Source: Phoronis australis (lineage: Eukaryota > Animalia > Phoronida). Taken from it: a stretch of DNA of 64,000 nt. Shown piece after piece: positions 54,501 through 64,000 of this stretch (its first letter is position 1; every line of letters begins with the position of its first letter). The translations under genes were made by a program, and so were the position numbers. Location of the stretch: assembly GCA_002633005.1 (NCBI GenBank), contig NMRA01000215.1, positions 285,845-349,844 of the forward strand, given 5' to 3'. The notes under the pieces were generated by a model. It made no database searches. It was not told the DNA's origin and was given only the letters and a program-made list of their open reading frames with translations.

Positions 54501-57500
54501 TTAGCAGAATCCTTATCACATTTTCTTTCTTAGGACCTTCCTTAAACTTCATGTTTTGGGCGACGCGAAATAGAAGGAGACCCACATGAATGGCGAACGG
54601 GTTTTGATCGCTGTCGTTCATGGTGTGCGCACAAAGTGAGGTCAGGTCGTACAATTTGACAACGTCGCTGTCGCTGCCTGATATGGGGAAAGACATTTCT
54701 TTAAGTACAATGCAAGCAAGGAAGTTTTGCCATCAGAATTCCGTTCTCAAACAAATTTGAACCCTGGAAGAGTATACTCGCTTACTAAAAAGGTTTGTAG
54801 GACCTGAGTATTTACCCAAATATCTGCAAAACTATAAATTTTAACTCGACAGTAAAAGTATATATTTTCTGAACATAGAAAGCCCTCAGAATTTGATTTT
54901 AGATATTTTACCAATCTGCCATATTAGGGTCACGTGACCAGACCTTTTTTATCAAAGAAGAAATAATGTACACTCATAACAAAACAACGGTATCAGTAAC
55001 ACGATCAAATTTCAAGATGTAATTGCAAATAAATTTCCAAGTTTTTTAAATGTTTCCAGTTCGTTTTATGCTTATATGTTAATAGCTTTAAAGTCATGTT
55101 GCCATAGTTATATTAAAACAGCCAATACCTCCAGGTTAGCAGCTTTAAAGCCATGTTACTATAGTTACCTTTAAACAACCAATATGTGTGCCCTTCTTTG
55201 GTGGCATTCGTTTTGAGGAATGACAAAATGTTCTGAGCCACATCTCTGACAACAAATGGGTTAAACTGTGAGTGAGTCATATTGGGTATGTCCTCTGTTG
55301 GCATCACCTCATAACTCTATAACAAAAATTAGTGTAAAGCCATCAATTGAATTAATTAACAATGATTTGCTGTAAACCATGACATCATTCATTAAATGCC
55401 TCCAGCTTCAAAAAATGAGATCACGGGATGCCTTTACATGTTTCCAGAAAGGTTCAAGGTAGTTTTTACTTTCTGTGCCACAAAATCTACAGGCAGAAAT
55501 TTCATTTAATGTCACTTAAACTGTTTTGAACATTGGATAATTCTAATTTTCAGCAGTTCAAACAAATAGCAAGGTGTTCTTTTCCTATTAATACACTATT
55601 TTGTTTTCATTTGAAATTTTTCTTCATGTAACCAACCCAGTAGAAATAAGTACACACAGTAAAATGTCACCAATTTCGGAAAAATAATTGCCAAAATTCG
55701 TCTTTTGTCATTTTTCAAAAGCTACTAAAATAATATAGTTGTCTTGCATGTCTACAATTTGTCAGATACATTGTTTGAAGTTAGACATCCCATAGGCATT
55801 TAAATTGCCTTTACATTTATTTGGTGCTACTTGTCTTTCACCAAAACAATGAAAACATAAATTTGTCCGCCATAATGTGTACTTTATTACCATATACTTG
55901 ACCACACACCCCCTGTAGGACAGAACTGGCACAGCTCACCAAGTTCAGGATTTGTACACCTTTAGACTTTGAAACAAATTCTTTCAATGTCTTATTTCAG
56001 TACAACTACAAGATTTTGCACTATGTACTGGAAACGTATATCTTTTGGTGCCAGATCTTAGTTGATGGTTAGCGATGCCAAAAATACGTCAGTCTTTTTC
56101 AAGAAATTTTAGATAAAGCAAATAAACAATGATTTTCAATGAGTTTTCAAGAAATTTGATACAATTCAAGGACTTTGCATGTCCTTGAAAACTTCAGTGT
56201 TAAACAAGAGCAACGCGGAGCGTTGAAATGCGCCCACAATTGCACCGCATACGGTATCCTTCCAGGGTTGTTTATTGGTACCATAAAGTGGCCAGTAGAG
56301 GGCATACTTTGCAAAATGGAAAGGCATGGTCCTTGTCTCCTCAATAGGCTAGGGGCAAAATGTGAGTAATCTTCATAATACAAGCACATCCTATACACCA
56401 GTTGCTTAAAGCACCACAGAAACATAGAATTAAAAACAAATTTACCAACATACGAGATTAGCACAGCATTAGAATGCCAGAAACAAATTTCTACTTGGAA
56501 CTTTTCCTTCANNNNNNNNNNNNNNNNNNNNNNNNNNNNNNNNNNNNNNNNNNNNNNNNNNNNNNNNNNNNNNNNNNNNNNNNNNNNNNNNNNNNNNNNN
56601 NNNNNNNNNNNNNNNNNNNNNNNNNNNNNNNNNNNNNNNNNNNNNNNNNNNNNNNNNNNNNNNNNNNNNNNNNNNNNNNNNNNNNNNNNNNNNNNNNNNN
56701 NNNNNNNNNNNNNNNNNNNNNNNNNNNNNNNNNNNNNNNNNNNNNNNNNNNNNNNNNNNNNNNNNNNNNNNNNNNNNNNNNNNNNNNNNNNNNNNNNNNN
56801 NNNNNNNNNNNNNNNNNNNNNNNNNNNNNNNNNNNNNNNNNNNNNNNNNNNNNNNNNNNNNNNNNNNNNNNNNNNNNNNNNNNNNNNNNNNNNNNNNNNN
56901 NNNNNNNNNNNNNNNNNNNNNNNNNNNNNNNNNNNNNNNNNNNNNNNNNNNNNNNNNNNNNNNNNNNNNNNNNNNNNNNNNNNNNNNNNNNNNNNNNNNN
57001 NNNNNNNNNNNNNNNNNNNNNNNNNNNNNNNNNNNNNNNNNNNNNNNNNNNNNNNNNNNNNNNNNNNNNNNNNNNNNNNNNNNNNNNNNNNNNNNNNNNN
57101 NNNNNNNNNNNNNNNNNNNNNNNNNNNNNNNNNNNNNNNNNNNNNNNNNNNNNNNNNNNNNNNNNNNNNNNNNNNTTCAACTGTCCTGACTAGACGTGCT
57201 GGCCGCGTTGCACAGGTATTTCAACTGTCCCGACTAGACGTGCTGGCCGCGTTGCACAGGACCGTCTGTCATGGCGCAGTTGCACTATGTGCTACAACTC
57301 CTGCCTATTGGTAAACTAAAACACTACAATTACCTGTGACAAAGTGGGGCACGCACTATCCAGATCGCAGATACCATCAGCAATGTACAGATCAGATAGA
57401 TAATAATGGGCCTGGCCTACAGTCTGCAACAGAGTGTTATTTGGAGTGATCTAACGTGTGAAGCAGTATATTCAAAAACTCTTAACACGAGGTAACAGTT

Positions 57501-60500
57501 CATTGGTCAGCTTTGACAACATTGTAGCAAGTCAGAAATGAATCAGTGCAGGTCAAGTCTGTGTATATTATTTAATCTTTGGATGTTTAGTCTGGCTGCC
57601 CGATTCTAAGGTAATATAAACAAAAAATTTCAGACGGTCTGATACGTGTTGTACCAGACGTGCACAGGTCGCACATGTGGGCCCGTTGCACTGATCACAT
57701 AGAACCATTTTTATGTTTTATTAACATAATGCTAAAATCGAGCTGAGGAGCTAGAAACCTGACTCAAAGGTTTAGCAGAGTGACCCAGTGAGACTCAAAC
57801 GACCTCGAGTAAAGAAGGCCAGCACGTACGAAACTAGCCCAAAGTACCTCCTATGATTCCAAGGTAGGCCACAGGGTGCAAACAACTAAAAAGGAGCTAT
57901 TTCAATTTGTACTAGGTCGATAGCTTTGAAATTTCCAGAGTATAATGCGTACATCCTAAAATCATGAGACCAATATAGTGGGTAGTTGCCTGGTAGAGCG
58001 TTCAAGGTTTCAGGTGAAAAAACACCATCATACGTCAATGAAGGGTTTTGGTGGAAATTCATATCCGCTTGGCATGAAATATACCTGGTCTCACGTTTGA
58101 CATTTAACATTCTGAATCACAATTGGAAAAGATGAAAATCACAGGGTGTCAGATATTTTGCTTCAATCCACTGCCACAGTCTCATAGCTGAGCGGCCTAT
58201 TACAAGTTTCACACAGGGTAAAACTATCCAGTTGCCTGAGAGATTTCACTAACAAATTTGTTTATCATGAGACCTTAGACTCAAAAATAAAATAAAATTG
58301 ATTGTAATCGTTAAGGCTAAAACATTTCACCTTAAAGTGTTGTCTAAAATCCAACAACCCAATGCAGTTCTTTAGCAGAATCCTTATCACATTTTCTTTC
58401 TTAGGACCTTCCTTAAACTTCATGTTTTGGGCGACGCGAAATAGAAGGAGACCCACATGAATGGCGAACGGGTTTTGATCGCTGTCGTTCATGGTGTGCG
58501 CACAAAGTGAGGTCAGGTCGTACAATTTGACAACGTCGCTGTCGCTGCCTGATATGGGGAAAGACATTTCTTTAAGTACAAAGCAAGCAAGGAAGTTTTT
58601 CCATCAGAATTCCGTTCTCAAACAAATTTGAACCCTGGAAGAGCATACTCGCTTTATACTAAAAAGGTTTGTAGGACCTGAGTATTTACCCAAATATCTG
58701 CAAAACTATAAATTTTAACTCGACAGTAATAGTATATATTTTCAGAACGTAGAAAGCACGCAGAATTTGATTTTAGATATTTTACCAATCTGCCATATTA
58801 GGGTCACATGACCAGACCTTTTTTATCAAAAAAGAAATAATGTACACTCATAACAAAACAATGGTATCAGTAACACGATCAAATTTCAAGATGTAATCGC
58901 AACTAAATTTCTAAGTTTTTTAAATGTTTCCAGTTCGTATTATGTTTATATGTTAATAGCTTTAAAGCCATGTTGCCATAGTTATGTTAAAACAGCCAAT
59001 ACCTGCAGGTTAGCAGCTTTAAAGCCATGTTACTATAGTTACCTTTAAACAACCAATATGTGTGCCCTTCCTTGGTGGCATTCGTTTTGAGGAATGACAA
59101 AATGTTCTGAGCCACATCTCTGACAACAAATGGGTTAAACTGTGAGTGAGTCATATTGGGTATGTCCTCTGTCGCCATCACCTCATAACTCTATAACAAA
59201 AATTAGGGTAAAGCCATCAATTAAATTAATTAACAATGATTTGCTGCAAACCATGACATCATTCATTAAATGCCTCCAGTTTCAAAAAAATGAGATCACG
59301 GGATGCCTTTACAAGTTTCCAGAAAGGTTCAAGGCAGTTTTTACTTTCTGTGCCACAAAATCTACAGGCATAAATTTTACTTAATGTCACTGAAACTGTT
59401 TTGAACATCGGAACATTATTAATTCTAATTTTCAGCAGTTCAAACAAATAGCAAGGTGTTCTTTTCCTATTAATACACTTTTTTGTTTTCATTTGAAATT
59501 TTTCTTCATGTAACCAACCCAGTAGAAATAAGTACACACAGTAAAATCTCACCAATTCCGGAAAAATAATTGTCAAAATACGTCTTTTGTAATTTTTCAA
59601 AAGCTACTAAAATAATATAGTTGTCTTGCATGTCTACAATTAGTCAGATACATTGTTTGAAGTTAGACATCCCATAGGCATTTATTTGGTGCTACTTGTC
59701 TTTCACCAAAACAATGAAAACATAAATTTCATTTGTCCGCCATAATGTGCACTTTATTACCATATACTTGACCACACACCCCCTGTAGGACAGAACTGGC
59801 ACAGCTCATCAAGTTCAGGATTTGTACACCTTTAGACTTTGAAACAAATTCTTTCAATGTCTTATTTCAGTACAACTACAAGATTTTCCACTATGTACTG
59901 GAAACGTATATCTCTTGGTGTCGGATCTTAGTTGGTGGTTAGTGATAGCGATGCCAATAATACGTCAATCTTTTTCAAGACGTTTTGGATAAAGCAAATA
60001 AACAAAGATTTTCAATGAGTTTTCAAGAAATTTGATACAATTCAAGGACTTTGCATGTCCTTGAAAACGTCAGTGTTAAATAAAATTCAAGGATTAGAAG
60101 TAGCCGCATGAGCCCTGAAGTTACTGGCATTATACATTGAGGTAAGAAAATGGTCAACTCAAGTATAACTTACACACCAAATTATCCATAATATAATGAA
60201 CTTTTAAATTACCTGCACTATACCATTGAGATGGTAACACATGGCCAATTCGGGTACATTGCACATCAAATTATCCAGCCAGTAGTCTATCCCAGTCAGT
60301 ATGTTGATGGGTTTGGCCTTGTCTCTGAAATCAGTGAATGCCAGACATCAAGACAGTTCTAAAACACAAAAGTAGTGACAGGCACACNGGTAGTCGGATC
60401 CGTCCGAAAGTTCGCACATGTCGTCCCATTCATGAATGGAACATATGTGCCAAATTTCATGAACGTATGTCAAAGGGTTTTGGAGATAGAGCCGCGGACG

Positions 60501-62478
60501 CCGGACGCCGGACGCCGGACGGACGGACGGACGGACGGACGGACGGACGGACGGACGGACAGAGATGACGGCATAATGCGTCCACATATAAATATGTGGG
60601 CGCATAATAAAATTCAAAGGATTACAAGTAGCCGCATGAGCCCTGAAGTTACTGGCATTATACGTTGAGGTAAGAACATGGTCAACTCAAGTATAACTTA
60701 CACACCAAATTATACACAATATAATGAACTTTTAAATTACCTGCACTATACCATTGAGATGGTAACACATGGCCAATTCGGGTACATTGCACATCAAATT
60801 ATCCAGCCAGTAGTCTATCCCAGTCAGTATGTTGATGGGTTTGGCCTTGTCTCTGAAATCAGTGAATGCCAGACATCAAGACAGTTCTAAAACACAAAAG
60901 TAGTGACAGGCACACACACACACACACATCAATTTGTTTGGACAAATGTCAAAATCCTAGTCAACTACATCAGTTATATAATGTTACTCATTGTTTTGCG
61001 TAATTCTGAACTTTAAATATGAATAGAAGGTGAGCAATTTTTACACGCGAGTTTCAAGCATGTCAGTTGTTGTTTCAATTATATTCGTCAGGGAATTTCT
61101 GCTTGGTCAAAGCTCACAAGAATTTTCTCACAACAATTATTGTAATGTACAACCTAAGATGTTTGCTGATGCATACATAGCAAGAAAGATAAAAAATATG
61201 ACGAGATTGAGCAATTTTAATAGCAAAGGACCCCACACTTGGGTAAATTTTTCTAGTCCCCATTGCCACAGTCCCATCCAAAACAGGGCCCAGTAATCTC
61301 CCTTGGTAACTGAGACAAGTCTCAAGCTCATTAGCAGAATTTAACTTGCTTGCAGCTGAAACGGAGTCCAGATAAGAACTTGTCATAGCGTAAGTTGCCC
61401 CAGGAACAAGTTCATACAGTACAAGTGACTGTGTGGACACAAGGTAAACTGGTGAAACTTTCCCCACCTCTTGGAGGCAGTGCAACTTGCACCCAATCAA
61501 CTTGCCCCAGAGCAACTGCCTTTGCGAACAAAATGCCCTTGAGGACAACAGTTGGGTCAAGCAATTAGAGGCTTTATGCTTGCCCATACGAGCACTTAAC
61601 TCTCTGGATACATGCGCACAGTTACTTTATTCTCGTTTTCGCCTCGACACAAGTGACACATTTGTCATGATGAGGAGTAGATCCCCCCTGAAGAATTTAT
61701 GCTCAGGCAATAGGGCCGTCCCAGATTACACAGCGACACTCTAATCTCGCTGTATTTACCCACAATGCCATAAACACCAGTCAGGCACATTTGCTGCCTC
61801 TTTTTCATGCCACTGGAGTTTCGCATGTTATTCGTTGTTGTCTGATTCTTTGCATTCAAGTTTTTCTCTGTTGCATTACTCTATTCGTCCTTCCAATGCC
61901 AACAAAGTATTACTGCTGTGCTGTGGGTTGCAATTCTGACATGAGAAAGTTTTGATAAACTGAACAAATACCCGTGATGTGTGAATTGAAATTCTTCGCC
62001 TTCGCGACATCAATGAGGTACACAAAAAGCCTGATTTCCAAAACTAGGTCAAGCGCTTTCTTATCTCTGGGACAAAGGAGAGTTGTATCGCCGCGTAATA
62101 CCGGATGATCCTACTGCCTGTCTGTGCACAGTATACACAGTTTAAAGTGTGCATGTATTCATGCCAGTCCTATCAGCCTAGAGTTTGAAAAAGTGTTGAA
62201 TATAACAAGAGACATGAAGTCTCTGCACCCTATCATTTAGGAATTTGAATAAAGTATTTTTGTTATGGGAATACCTTAGTCTAAGGCTGACACAGGGATG
62301 AGTACCCCAGGCAAATATAGGCAGATCAGTTCCAATCAACATGCGGATTACAATACCTTAGCCTAAGGCTGACACAGGGATGGGTACCACAGCCAAATAT
62401 AGGCAGATCAGTTCCAATCAACATGCGGATGTCTTCGAACGTCCACATCACTGTTCTGGCAAACTGGCTTCGATGGGG
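39397..62478 (-). CDS. EDRF1: Erythroid differentiation regulatory factor 1 ortholog, 5'-truncated gene span (15 exons, ~946 aa in window)
   Basis: Phase-consistent exon chain of 2841 nt with EDRF1 motifs WTFEDI.ML.G...PIFG, PIN.LTGIDYWLDNL.CNVPEL, AQNILSFLK.N.TKEGHTYWLFK, VKLYDLT.LC, LKRMGNI.NE.GVF, WELS.TYFTMAT, RQP.CQYRAATI.HRLAS, CELLRVQLERVA. Confidence 0.95.
39991..40207 (-). CDS. EDRF1: EDRF1 exon
   Basis: ttctag acceptor; QTSHGTKIKTLHTALELL...ILDSRLKVVLHTLVKIETNSKR; AG|gtatt. Confidence 0.87.
41759..41906 (-). CDS. EDRF1: EDRF1 exon
   Basis: PAEQKRKHLRSLAEIHYCKAFKQF...CELLRVQLERVAMCEFILQ; G|gtgagt. Confidence 0.92.
42202..42327. repeat. ~125-bp near-palindrome (hairpin), probably the end of a repeat element
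   Basis: agtcgttatcccccgttatctagagcc...gtggattttggagaattatc pairs with gataattctacaaaatccac...ggctctagataagggggggtaatgact. Confidence 0.85.
42371..43683. repeat. 657-bp tandem duplication joined by a single N (likely assembly redundancy)
   Basis: 42371-43026 is nearly identical to 43028-43683; N at 43027. Confidence 0.9.
42896..42968 (+). other. tRNA-like / Pol III box A-box B sequence (degenerate, SINE-head-like); duplicate at 43553-43625
   Basis: Box A-like tggtgtagtgg, box B-like gggtccgaaacc in a T-arm-like ccggg...ccgg stem; acceptor and anticodon arms imperfect. Confidence 0.45.
45005..45154 (-). CDS. EDRF1: EDRF1 exon, redundant copy
   Basis: Same peptide as 46138-46287 with intact splice sites. 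Confidence 0.75.
46138..46287 (-). CDS. EDRF1: EDRF1 exon
   Basis: VEREVTDLMAKSLKHCDTETKSSRQPMCQYRAATINHRLASLYHSSYRNQ; atag| ... CAG|gtgagg. Confidence 0.93.
46586..46827. repeat. 42-bp degenerate minisatellite, ~6 copies
   Basis: Unit ~gaaccaagatgcaggccttgtgctgggccgtttatgaatgta; gatgcaggcc recurs at 46716, 46758, 46800. Confidence 0.85.
47624..47782 (-). CDS. EDRF1: EDRF1 exon
   Basis: AADNYSQALVVLGQRVEHTDIWDLVSWELSSTYFTMATMMQDYAPLSTLSKEQ; catag| ... CAG|gtcagt. Frame not shown in ORF track. Confidence 0.92.
48117..48343 (-). CDS. EDRF1: EDRF1 exon
   Basis: LWKQSYDCFDQGIKNFE...ALLYSNRGRLMRIC...REFTQREKHYLTK; |gtaagt. Confidence 0.93.
48796..49005 (-). CDS. EDRF1: EDRF1 exon
   Basis: ELSWACEYSLDVEQSLRDSLKCYE...LKRMGNILNELGVFLMNRA; G|gtatt. 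Confidence 0.92.
49808..50029 (-). CDS. EDRF1: EDRF1 exon
   Basis: ttgcag acceptor; LTLAGDIRLMLVHN...HQEEF...; G|gtaaa. Confidence 0.9.
50906..51344 (-). CDS. EDRF1: EDRF1 exon
   Basis: GLRCV...DPIPMPYE...KKASLSYYWLA...KYGQALKYAKLALISF; ctag| ... A|gtacgc. Confidence 0.88.
52075..52523. mobile_element. MITE family C, copy 2 (diverged, inverted)
   Basis: Shares internal blocks with 36885-37309 in reverse (gttaactggtgctgttaacttt; gacgacactgc) and ends attagcatgaaagagccctt. Confidence 0.65.
52676..52885 (-). CDS. EDRF1: EDRF1 exon (acidic linker)
   Basis: WDISSEGDDDYDD...FPSISPDVEDRCREALTHVLE; gtcag| ... GAG|gtac. Confidence 0.88.
53206..53388. repeat. 44-bp minisatellite x4 (partial copy at 57176-57260)
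   Basis: gcacaggtatttcaactgtcc[t/c]gactagacgtgctggccgcgtt, variants alternating T,C,T,C. Confidence 0.95.
53462..53551 (-). CDS. EDRF1: EDRF1 exon (copy at 57334-57423)
   Basis: TVGHAHYYLSDLYIADGICDLDSACPTLSQ; ttgcag| ... CAG|gtaat. Confidence 0.85.
54460..54677 (-). CDS. EDRF1: EDRF1 exon (copy at 58331-58548)
   Basis: SDSDVVKLYDLTSLC...QNPFAIHVGLLLFRVAQNM...LLKNCIGLLDFRQHFK; AAG|gtgaa. Confidence 0.92.
55169..55316 (-). CDS. EDRF1: EDRF1 exon (copy at 59043-59190)
   Basis: SYEVMPTEDIPNM...VAQNILSFLKTNATKEGHTYWLFK; G|gtaac. Confidence 0.93.
56202..56511 (-). mobile_element. 3' part of a Helentron-associated/DINE-1-like non-autonomous element
   Basis: Minus strand ends tgtgggcgcat (subTIR, 56228-56238), hairpin caacgc-gga-gcgttg (56211-56225), then ctcttgttt; absent from the alternative copy at 60080/60081. 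Confidence 0.75.
57334..57423 (-). CDS. EDRF1: EDRF1 exon, alternative copy (H to Q variant)
   Basis: TVGQAHYYLSDLY...; splice sites intact. Confidence 0.75.
58331..58548 (-). CDS. EDRF1: EDRF1 exon, alternative copy
   Basis: Same peptide as 54460-54677. Confidence 0.78.
59043..59190 (-). CDS. EDRF1: EDRF1 exon, alternative copy (P to A variant)
   Basis: SYEVMATEDIPNM...HTYWLFK. Confidence 0.78.
60213..60324 (-). CDS. EDRF1: EDRF1 exon, alternative copy
   Basis: Same as 60741-60852; lies in duplicated block 60081-60387 vs 60608-60916, N at 60388. Confidence 0.78.
60389..60607 (-). mobile_element. 5' part of the same Helentron/DINE-1-like element, with (GTCC)n microsatellite
   Basis: Minus strand starts TT-atgcgcccacatat-tt-atatgtggacgcat (subTIR plus inverted repeat stem-loop, 60576-60605), then (GTCC)n and (GGCGTCC)n at 60496-60560. 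Confidence 0.8.
60741..60852 (-). CDS. EDRF1: EDRF1 exon
   Basis: DKAKPINILTGIDYWLDNLMCNVPELAMCYHLNGIVQ; tttcag| ... CAG|gtaat. Frame not shown in ORF track. Confidence 0.94.
62270..62430. repeat. 82-bp-period tandem duplication of an EDRF1 exon end including its donor
   Basis: 62270-62348 vs 62352-62430, 4 substitutions in 79 bp, no N at the junction. Confidence 0.92.
62357..62478 (-). CDS. EDRF1: EDRF1 exon (most 5' one recognised in window)
   Basis: PHRSQFARTVMWTFEDIRMLIGTDLPIFGCGTHPCVSLRL; tttcag| ... AG|gtatt. Confidence 0.93.
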
Positions 62479-62779
62479 CTGAAAGAGACATTGATTGGCA
62501 GGCATGGTGGACACACACTGACGAAAACATAATATATCATTATGCAAGCATGCAGGCGTACCCGTCACAAAAATAACATTAGAACAATTGTGACTCCGGA
62601 TGCTAATGAACAAAGTTTTGCAAAACGTTACTGTACCGATGGTGTTCAGTGGTTTCGGTTCGAGAAAAATGTTTTTAATATCAGGTTTTGCCCAAGGCTA
62701 CGTTTTTGCGTCACTTGACCAAACCAAACTGAAAAACAGTCATTGATTTCATGGGCACATCAGTATGGTAAAATCTCAC

Positions 62780-62975
62780 CCACTTCAAACAAAAATAATT
62801 GCCAAAAATGGTCTAGTCCATTTTTCAAAAGCTTCTAATACTGTTTTGAAAGTCCACAATTTCTCAGAAACGTTGTCTGAATGTAACTATAGCATAGACC
62901 TTTAAAATGGGATAGCATATTTATTTGGCGCTACTTATCTTTATATAAAATGAAAACATGAAACTTCACTTATCA
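62780..62975. repeat. Dispersed intronic repeat fragment
   Basis: aaaataattgccaaaa...catttttcaaaagct...tatttgg[ct]gctactt also at ~55680-55860, ~59560-59730 and partly ~50690. Confidence 0.6.
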
Positions 62976-63288
62976 GCCATATTGTCGGCCACATTGCGTC
63001 TCAAATTAATGAGAGTATACAGTGTTGCAAGAAACAAAATTAAAACTTCCTCCTTTCTTTCTTCGTTATATTACTACATTTGCTGAAATGCATTTTGCAC
63101 CAGAATCGGCAGAACTAGTGCCCATGGATAATTTTAGGACGGTGACCCACATCATTGGCGCAAATACAATTTCATTGACGCACTGTGATTGCTTAACTTG
63201 GGCTGTTGGGCCCTTTAAAATTGGAAGTGAAAAAAGACAAAAAACTGACCTGGTCCTCCAAATAGTCCCATAGACATGAGGCCATGTG

Positions 63289-64000
63289 CAGGGCTCGACA
63301 TAACGAGCTGCAGGTCGCATTTGCGACCTGAAATTTGGAAATGCGAGCTGAGATTTTTGTCAGCTCGTATAAAGTCGCAAAATGCGACCTGGAATTTCCA
63401 ACGAATGCGAGCTGAGTTTTTACACTTCTCAACAGATAAGTGGCAAATACAAAGCAGCTCTTGTTACTCCGACCGTTATTTGGTTGTTGCCAAGTTGAAA
63501 AGAACACTAACCGAGAACAGGCCTCCCGATGACTTGTAAGCAAGTCGCGTGAACATGGGATATGCAGAATCGATCTTTGACGCGTTTCATTGGCTAACAC
63601 TTTCGGCCACTTTTGTAAATTCCCGGATTCGCCGAAGAAAGTTTCGGACTAATGCTTACACGTGATAAAACTTCACAAAACAGCGGTGTTTCTATTAATT
63701 CTTAAGCGATCAACTTACCAAACTTTGTGGTGGACAAAAATGCTTATTTTTCACATAAGATGTCCTTATTACATGTACCAAATATCCACGACAATATCCC
63801 TGATATCGCATTGCGGCACCATTAGCGCGCAAGCGGTCCCGGCAGACAATCGTGACTTAGACTGAGGTATGCTTCTCCTTTTATCGTATTAAGACAGCCA
63901 AAGTGAAAATGACAACCTTGTTAATCGCCAAACGACGGTCACGTCTTTACTTTTAATTTGCCAAGAAATTCTCAAACCCTTTACTTGTTTCTGGGGCTAC
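63289..64000. mobile_element. Possible hAT-like element, left end (right end not seen)
   Basis: Starts cagggctcga with repeated subterminal tgcgacctg/aatgcgagctgag motifs; CpG-rich relative to surrounding intron. Confidence 0.4.

Larger units (their letters stand above)
53216..60080. repeat. ~3-kb duplication across a gap (likely two haplotypes)
   Basis: 53216-56204 vs 57176-60080, with SNPs and small indels; gap 56512-57175; three EDRF1 exons duplicated. Confidence 0.9.

Noticed and set aside
56474-57193. Long ORFs of 239 and 223 aa
   Set aside because: Made almost entirely of Ns from an assembly gap.
60338-60668. ORFs with RTDG/VRPS repeats
   Set aside because: Translations of the (GGAC)n microsatellite inside a transposon.
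61114-61587. 157-aa ORF with a faint FN3-like string (LYELVPGATY)
   Set aside because: Other FN3 residues are missing, no supporting exon structure, and the flanking EDRF1 exons join in phase without it.

Overview
Eukaryotic (metazoan, probably marine invertebrate; species not determinable from sequence alone) genomic window from a heterozygous draft assembly. Two spliced protein-coding genes can be built with GT-AG introns and consistent phases. (1) A complete MMP21-like matrix metalloproteinase on + (6 coding exons, 13991-19945, ~642 aa: signal peptide, prodomain with variant cysteine switch, two furin sites, HEIGHVLGLFH zinc motif, Met-turn, hemopexin domain). (2) The C-terminal ~946 codons of EDRF1 on - (15 exons, 62478 to 39397; 5' exons lie beyond the window). 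The genes are convergent, as I recall for EDRF1/MMP21 on human 10q26, suggesting ancient microsynteny. Several EDRF1 exons appear twice next to N joins (probable haplotype redundancy); one such pair captures both the filled and the empty allele of a Helentron/DINE-1-like insertion. The ~19 kb between the genes lacks convincing ORFs but is CpG-poor, strand-skewed and has minus-strand splice signals, hinting at a hidden non-coding transcript. A possible third gene starts on - near 1.64 kb. Many MITEs, tandem repeats and hairpins are present. Homology calls rest on remembered motifs, not searches. I found no clearly novel biological system beyond these leads.
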